From contig CM075987.1 in NCBI GenBank assembly GCA_038087875.1, forward strand, positions 25,298,001 through 25,362,000: a stretch of 64,000 nt of DNA. The letters are read 5' to 3'. The stretch comes from Malacoraja senta. Lineage: Eukaryota. Below are positions 24,566-37,789 of the stretch, piece after piece. How positions within the stretch are numbered: the stretch's first letter is position 1; each line of letters opens with the position of its first letter. The notes beneath the pieces were generated by a model. That model was not told the origin of the DNA, searched no databases, and saw only the letters and a list, made by a program, of their open reading frames with translations. Both the position numbers and the translations under genes were made by a program.

Positions 24566-26679
24566 ACCAGTTCAGTTCAGTTTGCATCAGTCTGAAGAAC
24601 GGTCTCGACACTGCAACGTCACCCATTCCTTCCCTCCAGAGATGCTTCCTGTCCCGCTGAATTACTCCTGACACATTTTGTGTCTATCTTCAGTTCAGTT
24701 TATTGTTTATTGCCACGTGTACCGAGGTAGAGTGAAAAGCTTTTGTTGCGTGCTAACCAGCCAGCGGAAAGACAATACCCGATTACAAGCGAGCCATTCT
24801 CAGTGTATGGATACATGATGAAGGGAATAATGATTAGTGCAAGGTAAAGCCGATAAAATCCAATCAAAGATAGTCCGGGGGTCCCCGATGAGGTAGATAG
24901 TAGTTCAGGACTGCTCTTTGGTGGCGGAAGGATGGTTCAGTTGCCTGATAACAGCCAACTAGCTGGAGTGTTCACGGACATCTTTTTTTCTTGCCCATCT
25001 CTGTTCTGAGGTACTTTCTTGCTTCAACAAGACCACCTGGTACCAAAGAAAAGCATGACCTCATACCACAGTCTGAAGAAGGGCTCTGACCCGAAACATC
25101 GCCAAAAGATGTTCTCCAGCGTTGAGTTACTCCAGCATTTTGTATCTTTCCTGAAGAGAAAATGACATACGTTCTAGGAGCAGAATTAGGCCATTCGGCC
25201 CATTATGTCTAGAAACATAGAAACATAGAAACATAGAAAATAGGTGCAGGAGGAAGCCATTCGGCCCTTCGAGCCTGCACTGCCATTCATTGTCTACTCC
25301 GCCATTCAACCATGGCTGATCTAATACCAACCTAACCCCATTCCCCAACCTAATACCCACCCAACCCCATTCTCCTGCCTTCTCCCCAAAACCTCTGACA
25401 CCTGTACTAATCAATAATCTATCCATCTCTGCTAGCCATTGACTTGGCAATGAATTCCAGATTCACCACTCTCTGACTAAAGAAATTCCTCCTCATTTCA
25501 TAAGGTCATAAAGAATAGGAGAAGAATTAGGCCATTCGGCCCATCATGTCTACTCCGTCATTCTATCGTGGCTGACCTATCTCTCCCTCCTAACCCCATT
25601 CTCCTGCCTTCTCCCCATAATCTCTGACACCTGTACTAATTCTGTCCTTCTGTCTTCTTCCCTAGTTCATGAAAGATGCATCCATTGTTCCCAATAGTGA
25701 ATCAGATTTCACTCAATGTGGAAGCTCAAAATGCAGAAAATAAGTCTGCGGTTTTGGAGGTCAACGGAAAATCCTTCAGTACTCCGTCACTGATTTTGCA
25801 AGAGGCAGAGAGGGATGGGCTAATGGCAAAGTTAATTTTATGAAATGAGTCAGTAGACACTCTGCGTTTCATGATTTATAGCTATCGTTATTCATTACAA
25901 TCAGACGTTCGGACAAGAAAAGTTGCCATGGTTTAACATGCAGACACTGATAAATTATTGTACGCATCCTTCACAAGCTTGGGTTCAATCCAAAACAAAA
26001 CCCTGGACCTTAGCTACTTGCTACAAGGATCCGTGCTCCACTTGTCATCTGATAGTTCCTGAATTCCTGGACAAGATTGCACCTCTGCTAATTTCAGTTT
26101 TGTTAAAAGATAATTCAGTGCAGGTTACGGGCACGGTGGAGTCACGGTAGAGTCGCAGCCTCACAGCGCCAGAGACCCGGGTTCGATCCCGACTACGGGT
26201 GCTGTCTGTACGGAGTTTGAGCGTTCTCCCCGTGACCTGCGTGGGTTTTCTCCGAGATCTTCGGTCTCTTCAAAGAACTACAGGTTTGTAGTTTAATTGG
26301 CTTGATATAAGTGTAGAATTGTCCCTAGTGTTAATGTGCGCTGGGCCGCAGGGCCTGTATCTCCAAACTAAATAATCTAAACGTTATTATTGCCACGTGT
26401 ACCGAGGTACAGTGAAAAGCTTTTGTTTGTGTGCTCGCCAGTGAAAGATAAGACTACACATCAATGCAATTGAGCTGTCCACAGTACACAGATCAAGGAT
26501 AAAGAGTACATCTTGTCGTGCAAGTTACAATGTTGAAGTCTGATAAAGTCCGATTACAAATAGTTCAAAGAACTCCAATGAGATAGATGGGAGGTGAGGA
26601 CCGCACTCTAGCCGATCGTTCCCTCGTGTGTCAGACAACGTGTAGCTCGCTGTTGGCTTCTGTCGTCGTCCAACATGTT

Positions 26680-27273
26680 TTTTTTGTTGTTTTTTTAAAA
26701 TATTATTTTTATTGGAAGCAATTGTACAAGAATAAAACATTCGACATGTAAAATTATACAATTATTGTCCAGCTACAATTTTGACCTTTTAACCTGAAAA
26801 TGAGGGAAAAGAAGAGAGAAAGAACAAGAGAGGGAAAAAGCGAAAAGTGAAAAGACAGGACCACTGGACTACCAGTGTGGCCAAAGAGTGAATAAAGATA
26901 TAAGCGAGGAAAAAAAAAAAAAAAAGTGGAGATATACCTGCTGCCCCTCGTTCCCCCCCCCCCCCGCCCCCCCCCCCCCCCGCCCACCTCACGCAACCAA
27001 TAATTGGATTTAAATCCAAAGTTGTGTTGCGCCATACTATCCTTGTAAGAATTCGGTGAAGGGTGTCCATGTCTTGAAAAATTGATCTGGTTTTTCTGCC
27101 AAGACGAGCCTAATATTTTCCAAATGTAGTGTCTCGGACATGTTTGTAATCCACATCTTCACAGTAGGGACTGATGTGTGTTTCCAAAATGTAAGTATTA
27201 GTTTTTTCGCCGTTATCAGGCCATAGTTAAGGAAACGTCTTTGAAATAATGTTAGCTCAGAACAGGCTTCTGA
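26680..27273 (-). mobile_element. 5'-truncated L1 (ORF2 C-terminus, 3' UTR, A-rich tail) with 13-bp TSD
   Basis: NYGLITAKKLILTFWK..PTVKMWITNMSETLHLE..FFKTWTPF; TSD cgtccaacatgtt at 26667-26679 and 27274-27286. Confidence 0.9.
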
Positions 27274-27310
27274 CGTCCAACATGTTGACATGAAATGGTC
27301 GCCCGACGCG

Positions 27311-27374
27311 TCACAGAATGCATCGTGTCATCGTTTCCAGGGATCACCACGAGGAGGCTTCTGTCATGATCCCC
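27311..27374 (-). ncRNA. HDV-like ribozyme motif, catalytic C apparently mutated to U
   Basis: P1 GGGGAUC/GAUCCCU; P2 ACAGAA/UUCUGU; P3 GCC/GGU; L3 UCCUCGU; GG; J4/2 UGCA. Confidence 0.8.
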
Positions 27375-27704
27375 ACTCTTGCTGATGAAAGGACAGTTCA
27401 CTTGCCTGCTAACAGTTGGGAACAAACTATGCCTGAATCTGGAGATAGACACAAAAAAGCTGGAGTAATTCAATGGATGAGGCAACATCTCTGGAGAAAA
27501 GGAATAGGTGACGTTTCAGGTTGAGATCCTCCTTCAGATTGAGAGTCAGGGAACCTGAGCTACGTACTTTCAGTCTCCTGCAAATTCTTCTGTCTGCCAC
27601 AAAGGTTTTAGGTGGTCCACAAGGAATTTAATTAAAATTCAATTTCATAAGATCATATGTGATGGGAGTAGAATTAGGCCCATTCGGCCCATCAAGTCTA
27701 CACC

Positions 27705-27904
27705 NNNNNNNNNNNNNNNNNNNNNNNNNNNNNNNNNNNNNNNNNNNNNNNNNNNNNNNNNNNNNNNNNNNNNNNNNNNNNNNNNNNNNNNNNNNNNNNN
27801 NNNNNNNNNNNNNNNNNNNNNNNNNNNNNNNNNNNNNNNNNNNNNNNNNNNNNNNNNNNNNNNNNNNNNNNNNNNNNNNNNNNNNNNNNNNNNNNNNNNN
27901 NNNN
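27705..27904. other. Assembly gap (200 N)
   Basis: Run of N. Confidence 1.
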
Positions 27905-28262
27905 GAGTAGGGGAATCGAGAAACCAGAGGACATAGGAACCCGAGGGTACTTTTTCATACAAAGGGTGGTGGATGTATGGAACGAGCTGCCAGAGGAGGT
28001 AGTTGTGGCAGGGACTATCCATACGTTTAAGAAACAGTTAGACAGGTAAGTGGATAGCACAGGTTTGGAGGGATATGTACCAAACGCAGGCAGATGGGAC
28101 TAATGTAGATAGGGCATGTTGGCCGGTGTGGGCAAATTGGGCCGAAGGGCCTGTTTTTATGTTGCAATCACCCCCTCTTCCTTTGCTACCCTTCACCTGC
28201 ATTGAGATGAAGAATGCTGTTGGATTCATACTAATTTGTAATAAGGTGACAATAAACTAAAC

Positions 28263-28552
28263 TGCACGGTGGAGCAGCGGTAGAGTTGCTGTCATCAGCA
28301 CATACAGCGCCAGATCTGCGGGTTCGATCCAAACTCTGAGTGCTGGAGTTTGTACGTTCTCCACATGAGCCCTTCGAGACCTTCAGTTTCCTCCCACATT
28401 CCAAAGACGTGCAGTTCCGATGGTTAATTGGGCTTGGTATAAGTGTAAATTGTCCTTAGTGTGTGTAGGATAGTGTTAATGTGCGGGGGACCGCTGGTCG
28501 ACGCCGACTCGGTGTCTGTTTCCGCGCTGTACTCTAAACCGAACTCAACTAA
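28263..28552 (+). mobile_element. V-SINE (HE1-like)
   Basis: gcacggtggagcagcggtagag, gggttcgatcc and the core. Confidence 0.8.
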
Positions 28553-29172
28553 TTGAGGGGGCAAGTGTGGAGAAACTGATTGAGCTTTGTACTTCCCAAC
28601 TGGTCTTGCCTGAGGTGTTCAGAAGGTGGAACAAGACTGACGGCATTCCAGTGCAATGATTTGCCCCATTCTCCCTGTCAGAATTAATTACTTTGAGCAT
28701 TAATTAATATGTTGCCTAGAATGCAAATCTAATTCAAAGATTTGCAAGGGGGAAACAGTATTCCTTAATCACAGCTTCAATTAAATAACCTGGATAGATC
28801 TAAATGATTGATGCAATCAACATTTAAGTAGCCACAGGCATAGACTTCATGCTCCCCATCACTGATGTTGCTTCTATTCCGTGATTCCCACTTCTACATC
28901 AATTTGCATCTCATTGAGAGAATTATCCTCCCAACTCTTGTTCAATTAGAGTCATGCAATTTAATAATATTTCACTTTAGATCATTGGCCTTTCCACATT
29001 GGAACTTCCTATTGGTTGAAATGTCTGTAAAGGAATGTCAATCACACATTTGTTTAGTGATAAGAATAATATGGACATACCAACAAAAGTTAATAACTCA
29101 AAAACTCCCCCAATACTAAAGACCTGGATATGGACGCACCACAAGATTTCAAAGGTACTATAATTATTCAAA

Positions 29173-32100
29173 ATGCATGACACCACACAAAAGAACCTAG
29201 GAGAATCTCATTTTGTAGTTGGAATATAAGAGGTATTAACGAACCTATCAAAAGGGGTAAGATATTAGCTCAGCTAAAAATGTATAATTTCAGACATTAC
29301 CTTCCTACAAGAACACACCTAAAACCTCAGGACCAAGTTAGGCTGAGGGCGAAATGGATAGTCAAACATACCACTCTTCATTCACTTCAAAATCTAGAGG
29401 CACGTCAATTATCATAAGAAAAGGTATACCATTTAAAGCAAAGAATATTATAACAGATATAGAAGGGAGATACCTAATAGTTAATGGAGAAATCCATGAC
29501 ACTCCACTTACTTTGGTAAATATATATGCCCCTAACTTTGATAACCCCCACTTTTTCAATAAAATCTTCAATATAATTGCAGAGTCAAACTATCAAAATG
29601 TTATAATAGGCGGAGACTTTAACTGTGTTTTAGATCCGTACTTAGATAAATCAAGTCAAAAACAGAGAGGGAATATGAAATCGAAAACTGGGGAACTCCT
29701 CAATACCTACATAAATAACACTAATATAGCAGATGTTTGGAGAATTGTGAATCCAACTGGCAGGGAATTTTCGTTTTACTCAATGGTACATAAGACATAC
29801 TCACGTATAGACTACTTTCTGCTGGATACAAAATTAATCCCCCAAACATCTAATGCAATATACCATACAAATTCAATTTCAGACCATTCTCCACTAACTT
29901 TCTTTTTAAAACTGGAAGGATTGTCTAAGAATAATTCATTCTGGAGATTTAACTCTCAAATTTTAAAAGATCCACAAGCGAGTATATATTTAAAAGAACA
30001 AATGGAGGTCTTTTTTCAAACAAATGATACTTCAGATATATCGCCTACTTTACTTTGGGAATCTTTTAAAGCATACATTAGGGGTATCATAATTTCATAT
30101 CAAGCTTTTCAAAATAAAAAGAATAAGAATGAACAAAGACAGTTAGAAGAACTTATTAGACAAATGGATATAGATAATGCTAAAGATCCATCAATAGATA
30201 AACATAATAAAATAATAATTTTAAAATTTAAATTAAATAAATTATTATCTGCCAAACTTATAAGACTTTTTCAAATTACAAAACAAGAGCACTTTGAATT
30301 TGGGATAAAACCGCATAAACTTTTGGCTCGCCAGCTAAAAAAACGAGAAAAGGAACATACTATACCAAAGATCAAATCAGATAAAGGGGAATTATTAACA
30401 ACACCGAAGGATATTAATAAAAGATTTGCGCAATTTTACGAGAATTTGTATACATCTAAAACGATAATTTGATTCCAATAATATCACAAAGTTCTTGGAT
30501 ACCTGTAATCTTCCAAAGTTAGAGCTGAAGGAACAAGAGGAACTGGGTGCACAAATCTCAATTAAGGAATTAGAAGATACAATAAACTCACTAAAAAATG
30601 GAAAAACACAGGCCCTGATGGATTTACTAATGAATTTTATAAAAGCTTTTATGATAAAATAATACCAAGATTACAAAAAATGTACCAATAACGCTTTTAA
30701 AAAACGAATACTACCTGATACATTAGTGGAATCAACGATTACATTAATACCTAAGAAAAATAAGGATTTAGAAGAACCTGGCTCATATAGAGCTATAGCA
30801 TTGTTAAACACAGATCAAAAAATATTAGCGAAAACATTAGCCAGAAGATTAAGTAAATACATTAGGAAATTAATAAACCCAGATCAGACAGGGTTTATCC
30901 CTAAGAGATACTCTTCTAATAATATGAGACGTCTACTCAACATAATGCACTCACACAAATCTGAAGATCAAGAATTATCAATTATTTCGCTGGATGCTGA
31001 AAAAGCATTTGATCAAGTAGAATGGAATTATATGGATAAAGTATTACAAAAATTTCAACTGGGAGAGATTTTATTTTATGGATTAAGTTACTATATAACA
31101 AACCTACAGCTAGAATACTTACTAATAACATATTATCCTCGAAATTCCAACTATCAAGGGGAAATAGACAAGGATGCTCATTATCACCACAGCTGTTTGC
31201 TCTCATTATTGAACCGCTAGCAGAAAAAATTAGAATACACCCTGATATTCATGGATATAATACTAAAGACTCATATAATAAAATATCTTTATACGCGGAT
31301 GATATATTATTGTATATACAAAACCTCAAATAACTATACCAAATATATTAAATTTAATTGAAGACTTCGGATCTTTTTCTGGATATAGAATAAATTGGAA
31401 TAAAAGTGAAATTATGTCAATAAAACCGAAAGATTCAACACATCTTTTAAAATTCCCTTTTAAAATAGCTACAGAAAAATTTAAATATTTGGGAATCGAA
31501 ATTACCAGAACATATCAAGGTATGCTCAGGGCAAATTTTGACCCCCTACTTAATAAACTGAATACATTAATTAAATTCTGGAAAACGCTCCCGATGTCTT
31601 TAATAGGCCGAATAAACGCAATAAAAATGATCTTTTTACCACAAATTTATACCTATTTCAATCAATTCCTATATACTTACCTAAGAAGTTTTTTAAAAAA
31701 ACTCGACTCAGATATCACTAATTTTATATGGGACTATAAATCACATAGAATACAAAAAACCCATCTGAATAAACCTAAAGTATTGGGGGGTCTAGCACTA
31801 CCTATTTTATGTATTATTATTGGTCAGTAAATATTAAAAACATGATTCAACTGATGGATAACTCCGCCCAGCAAGTAGACTGGATTGTAATGGAGAAAGA
31901 GGATTGCTCCTCTAGAAACATTGGAGCGATCCTCCTCTCTCCAATGAAATTGAATAACATAAACTATAATAAGAACCCAATTATTCATAGTACAATCCGT
32001 ATTTGGAAACAAATAAAACAAAATTTAAAATTAAGAAACTTATCACTTTTATTACCTATAGTCAATAACCCTTCGTTTAGTCCTTCTATTATAGATAAAG

Positions 32101-33371
32101 CTTATACACAATGGGATAGACTAGGGAATTAAAACGCTTGGTGACTTGTATGAAACTGGAAAATTACTTTCATTCAACAATTACAAATAAAATATAAACT
32201 CGGAAATAATCAATATTTTAAATACTTTCAAATATGCGACTATTTGAAAAAATATATAAAAGATCATCATAATAACCCAGCAGATGTACTGGACGAGGCA
32301 ATGCAGACAAAAGCGGAATCAACAAACTTAATATCATATTTGTACAATATATCTTAAATGTACAAATACCATCTACGGAGGGTATCAGAAGAGACTGGAA
32401 CAAGAGTTAGCTATTAAAATTTCAAAGGAAAGTTGGAATGAATACTTATTAAAAGTGCATAAATGCTCGATTAATGTAAGACACACTTTAATACAATTTA
32501 AAATTTTACATAGATTATATTATTCGAAAACTAAAATTCATAAAATGTTCCCAAACGTATCATCTATTTGTGATAAATGTCAATCCCAAGAAGCAACTAT
32601 AGCGCACTCATTTGTCTTCTGTACAAAAATTCAAAAATTTTGGAATGAAATTTTTGAAATCTTTACAAAGTTATTTAAAACAAGACTGATACCCAAAGCA
32701 GAATGGATTATCTTCGGAATAACGGAAGATGATCCAGAACTAAATGAGTTTCAAAAGAAATTAATGGATTAGGGTTAATAACTGGAAAAAAGCTAATTCT
32801 AAAATTTTGGAAGAAGGCTCCAATACCAACTATAAATATGTGGATTTCAAATATGTTTGAAACATTACACCTTGAAGAGATAAGACTCCTCCTAGCAGGT
32901 AAACCAGATCACTTCCACCTGACGTGGTCTGCATTTATAGAATTATTACAACATAGGGTGCAAAAGTACTTTAAAAAAAATAAAAAATGAGGTCGGGTAA
33001 GGGGGGATGATAGTTGAAGAGTTGGTATGTCCTATTTACGTGATGCTCAAAAAAAAAAAAACATTTGTTTCTCTTTTTTTCTCTTTCTCTTCTTTTCTTA
33101 GGGCCTATTTCTTAACTCTTTTCTTTTGTTTTTAATTTCGCTCTTATAGGGTCTTCGTCCTTTTTTGTTGTTACATTTTCTACACTTTTCTACACTTGCA
33201 CTTTTTCCTTCACTTTCTTCTCTCTTTCAATCTTTTCTTTCTCTAGTGTAAAAAATAAATAAAGGGAGTACATTAATTGTAAGAAGATATAAATGACGAG
33301 TATTAATGTATGTGGTTGTAATGTAATGTACCTTCATAATAAATAAAAATTAAAAAAAAAAAAAAAAAAAA
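29173..33371 (+). mobile_element. L1-clade LINE lacking ORF1; complete but frameshifted ORF2 (about 29173-32956), 3' UTR and poly(A)
   Basis: APE endonuclease (SWNIRG, NIYAPN, GGDFN, SRIDY, SDH); RT (YRAIAL, DAEKAFD, RQGCSLSP, YADD); CCHC knuckle CDKC..AHSFVFC; AATAAA + A20. Confidence 0.95.
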
Positions 33372-33558
33372 CACATAAATGTTCTTTGTCCAACGTGAAG
33401 TGTGTTACTGTAAATGGGCATTTCTAAAATATAATGCAAGTCTGCACCACCAGACTCAGGAACAGCTTCTTCACCTCTGTCGTCAGGCTTCTGAATGGTC
33501 CTTCCATAAGCTAGGGTACTGCCCGATTCACCTCTACCCCATTGCGGACATTGGACTT

Positions 33559-33702
33559 CTTCTTCTTCTTCTTGTGTATGGCGTGTACAGCCTAAAGTTG
33601 TAGGACAACTTGTTCTATTTGATCTTACTTGAATGTGCACACCAGGTTGATTGCATCCGTCGAAACAGGGCGGACCACGTGAAGGTTGCAATCTCCCACC
33701 CC
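33559..33702 (-). mobile_element. Ribozyme-headed short retroposon (type A) with (GAA)n tail
   Basis: TSD ggacattggactt at 33546-33558 and 33705-33717; same 5' start as the copies at 40556 and 44672. Confidence 0.9.
33649..33702 (-). ncRNA. Minimal HDV-like ribozyme (54 nt)
   Basis: GGGGUGG-GA-GAUUGCA-ACC-UUCACGU-GGU-CCGCCCU-GU-UUCGA-CGGA-UGCAAUC. Confidence 0.85.
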
Positions 33703-34048
33703 ATGGACATTGGACTTTGTCTATGGAACTAAAGGTGGACACAAAAAGCTGGAGTAACTCAGCGGGTCAGGCTGCATCTCTGGAGAAAAGGAATGGGTGA
33801 CGTTTCGGGTTGAGACCCTTCGAGCTTATGCGCTACAATGCTGAGAACTATATTTTGCACCCTATATCTTTCCCTTTGCTCTATCCATTGTACTTGAGCT
33901 GGCGTGATTGTATTCACTTATGGTATTATCTGATCTACGTTAAAAGGAACTGCAGATGCTGGTTTCTACCGAAGATAGACACAAGTGCTGGAGTAACTCA
34001 GAGGGTCAGGCCGTATCTCAGGAGAAACAGGATGGGTGATGGGTGAGT

Positions 34049-34076
34049 CTGAAGAAGGGTCCCGACCCGAAACGTC
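34049..34076 (+). ncRNA. Minimal hammerhead motif in a Penelope-like pLTR
   Basis: CUGAAGA-A-GGGU(CCCG)ACCC-GAAA-CGUC. Confidence 0.65.
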
Positions 34077-37000
34077 ACCCATCCTTTTCCTCCAGAGATG
34101 CTGCCTGACCCGTTGAGTTACTCCAGCATTTTGTGCCTATCTTTGGTATTATCTGATCTGCTTGGGTAAATTTCAATGACTGGCTTTGCAGTTAAAATAC
34201 AACCATGTCAATCGAGATGACTGTCACTTGCGGGGTACAGGGGCAATGGGTGTGGAAAAAGTACAACCCATTGGTGATATTTCCACAAATTCTATAATTC
34301 AAATATCTTCCTTCAGCAAAAATATCCTCAACATGGCTTTGACTGCTCATTAGATGGTGTGCAAGCCCTTTCATTTTTCTGAACATATCTCAAAAGATTC
34401 TCTAAATTTTTTTCCATTCAGTAGGATCTGCAAGTCCAAGTCACCAGAGAAAGCTATGTCTTTTTATACTGCTGTCAGCTTACAGTATTTTCAATTGCCA
34501 ACTAATTTAAAGTTCCATGAATTCTCTGACCAAAGCCAAGTTCCATTCTAGTGAGCAAATCAATTCTTTGCACCGTTTTCTGCTGCGCTCCTAAATACAA
34601 TCCCATAATTACTGACTTGCAAATTAATAATTTTCTCTATCACACTAACCGCTCATTTTTATATTTATTATACATTTTATATTTATTATATTTTTATATT
34701 TAGTCGGAGGGTGGTGAATCTGTGGAATTCTTTGCAACAGAATGCTGTGGAGGCCATCAGAAGATATTTTTAAGGCAGAGATAGATAGATTCTTAATTAG
34801 TGCGGGTGTCAGAGGTTATGGGGAGAAGGCAGGAGAATGGGGTTAGGAGGGAGAAATAGATCAGCCAAGATTGAATGTTGTAGACTTGATGGGCCGAATG
34901 GCCTAATTCTACTCCTATTCCTGATGACCTTATGATTTGTATATTTTATATGTTTTATTACAGTCTATACACAAATTTAAAAAAAATCCAAAATTAGTTT
35001 TTGTCTTTGCATTTGGTATGAAGTTAGTATGTTATCGAACAATGTAAAGATACATTCACGACGGTTCAATCAAGAGACACAAGGAACTGCAAGATGCAGT
35101 TTGCAATACAAAACACACGAAAAACAAAGCGCTGGAGTAACGGGGTCAGGGTGGCACGGTGGCGCAGTGGTAGAGTCTATACAGGTGCTGTCTGTATAGA
35201 GTTTCTAAGTTCATCTACGTCGGTGTGGGCTAGTTGAGCCAAAGGGCCTGTTTCCATGTTGTATGAATTTATAATTCGAATAGCAGTCAGGATTGGTAAT
35301 TCTACCCTAGCCTTCACTGTTAAAGGTCTTGGGTTTTCTCCAGTGGCTCCAGTTTCCTCCCACGCTTCAAAGACGTACAGGTTTATAGGTTAATTGTCTT
35401 CCACAAAATTGTAATTTATCCCTAGTCTGTGCAGGATAGTGTTAGCGTGCGGGGATCGCTGGTCGGCGCGGACTCGGTTGGCCTAATCTCTAAACTAAAA
35501 CTAATCTGTAAAACTAAACTAAGCTCAATGGATCAAGCAGCATCTCTGGATGACATGGATCGGTGACATTTATCCAGCTCGGACACTTCTCCCGGTTTAG
35601 TCAGGGCCAGAAAATCTCTGTTATTTTCACAGCACTGTGTTTTTCAAAACAAATGTTGATTTTCCACCCACATTTAAAAGTGCACTCTCCTGCAGAAGTG
35701 ACTGAGATATGATGCTCTGCATCTCCATTCCTGGGAGCGCAGGAGGACGAAGGGTGTACAAAATCATGAGAGGAATAGATCGGGTCGACGCACAGAGTCT
35801 CTTGCCCAGAGTAGGGGATCGAGAACCAGAGGACACAGGTTTAAGGTGAGAGGGGGGAAAGATTTAATAGAACCCCGAGGGGTAACTTCTTTTTTACACA
35901 AAGGGTGTTGGGTGTATGGAACGAGCTGTCGGAGGAGGTAGTTGAGGTAGTACTAGGAAACAATTAGACAGGTGCATGGATAGGACAGGTTTTAGAGGGA
36001 TATTGGCCAAACGCAGGCAGGTGGGACCAGTGCAGATGGGACATGCTGGTCAGTGTGGGTAAGTTGGGCCAAAGAGCCTCTTTCCATGTGGTATGAGTCT
36101 ATAATTTGAATAGCAGATAGGATTGGTAATTCTACCCTAGCCTTCATTGTTAAAGGCCTTGGGAGGTGTGATATGGTGCTGAACACAGTTAAGTTGTTAC
36201 ACCTAGGGTGGTGCTTTGCGCATGACTGAGATGGATGTGGGCAACTTTCAATCTTTAATTGCCTAATTTATATACAGACCATTAAGGGCGGTGAATCTGT
36301 GGAATTCATTGCCACAGACGGCTGTGGAGGCCAAACGCTGGATATTTTTAAGGCGGAGATTGACGGATTCTTGATTAGTACGAGGTGTCAAGGGTTATGG
36401 GGAGAAGGCAGGAGAATAGGGTTGGCAGTAAAAGATGGATCAGCCACGATTGAATGGCGGTGTAGACTTGATGGGCCGAATGGCCTAATTCTGTTCCTGG
36501 GAATTATGAACTAAATACCCCAAAACAAGATTCATTACAGTGAGCGAAAACTACAAATAAAGTGAATTATTGAACCAGAAATCGGTTGCATTTCATAGCA
36601 GTAAACTAACCTCAAGGTGATGACCATTTTATTTAACTTGGCAACCAGTAGGCACTACATTTTTGTCAGGCAAACCTTTTGCTTCATTATCCAGTTCTTT
36701 GTTGCAATTGAAGTTTGCACACATTTTGCAGAGGTGGCAAGTTTTCCCAACCTTGCCTAATGTACATTCCGATTCCGATTTTAATTGAAGTACAGTACAT
36801 ACTTTACATAACAATCCCATGCTATTCCCATGGGTTGAATGCATTATATTGCCCTGCTTGTGTGGACCCAGTTCCTGGTAGTGAACGAGGCTTAATCACC
36901 TGGATAAAAATAAAGAATTAAACAAAGTTAATTAAATAGCATATAAATGTAGAACATGGGGATAGTGTAGGACAAGGTGTAATAAAATATGATCATTATG

Positions 37001-37789
37001 CTACTCAATCCAACTGTGAATAGTTATACCTGGTCTGAAATGCTAATTTAATCACCAACATGATTTAGAAAAATGATAGAAAAACATATTTTCCCAGCGA
37101 TGTCTTATGAAACGTGGGAAGAGGAAGAAATAAAAATAAGTAAGGACAAAGAAAACAATGAAAAATGAATGAGTGAAGGAAATTCAGAGAGAGAGAGAGG
37201 GGAAAGGTGGGGGAAGAGAAAGAGTGAGACACAAAGAACTGCAGATGATGATTTACAAAAAAAAACACACAAAGTGCTGGAGTTCCTCAGCGGGTGAGGC
37301 GGAATCTCTGGAGAACATGGATAGGTGACGTTTTGGGTCAGGGCCTTTCTTCGGAAAGAAGAAGATTCCCCAATCTGAATGTCACCTTCTGACAGCGCCA
37401 GAGAAGCGGGTTCGATCCTGACCTTGGGTGCAGTCTGTACGGAGTTTGTACTTTCTCCTCAAGACCTGCGTGGCTCCCCCCCCCCCCCCCCACCACAATC
37501 CAAAGACGTGCAGGTTTGTAGGCTAATTGGCTTCTGTAAATGATCCCTAGTGTGTAGAGTAGAACTAGTGAACATGGATCGCTGGTTGGCGCAGACTCGG
37601 CAGGCCAAAAGGCCCGTTTCCATCCTGTATCTCTAATCTCTAAACTAAACGAAACTAAGTTTGAAGATAAAGTCAAGTTTGGAAAACTGGAGTAACTGGA
37701 GCTGACTTTGCACGTTGATTTGAATTATACCCACAAGGGAAGCGTTGCTCCCTGTAAAACAGAAAGGTGGAGAGATCGAACTTTCATTC

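Larger units (their letters stand above)
26617..27374 (-). mobile_element. Ribozyme-headed short retroposon (type C, about 150 bp) split by an L1 insertion
   Basis: HDV-like fold at 27311-27374; TSD actct(a/t)gc(c/t)gat at 26605-26616 and 27375-27386. Confidence 0.7.

Noticed and set aside
27645..28060. ORFs spanning the N run
   Set aside because: Gap artefacts; contiguity across 27705-27904 is unverified.
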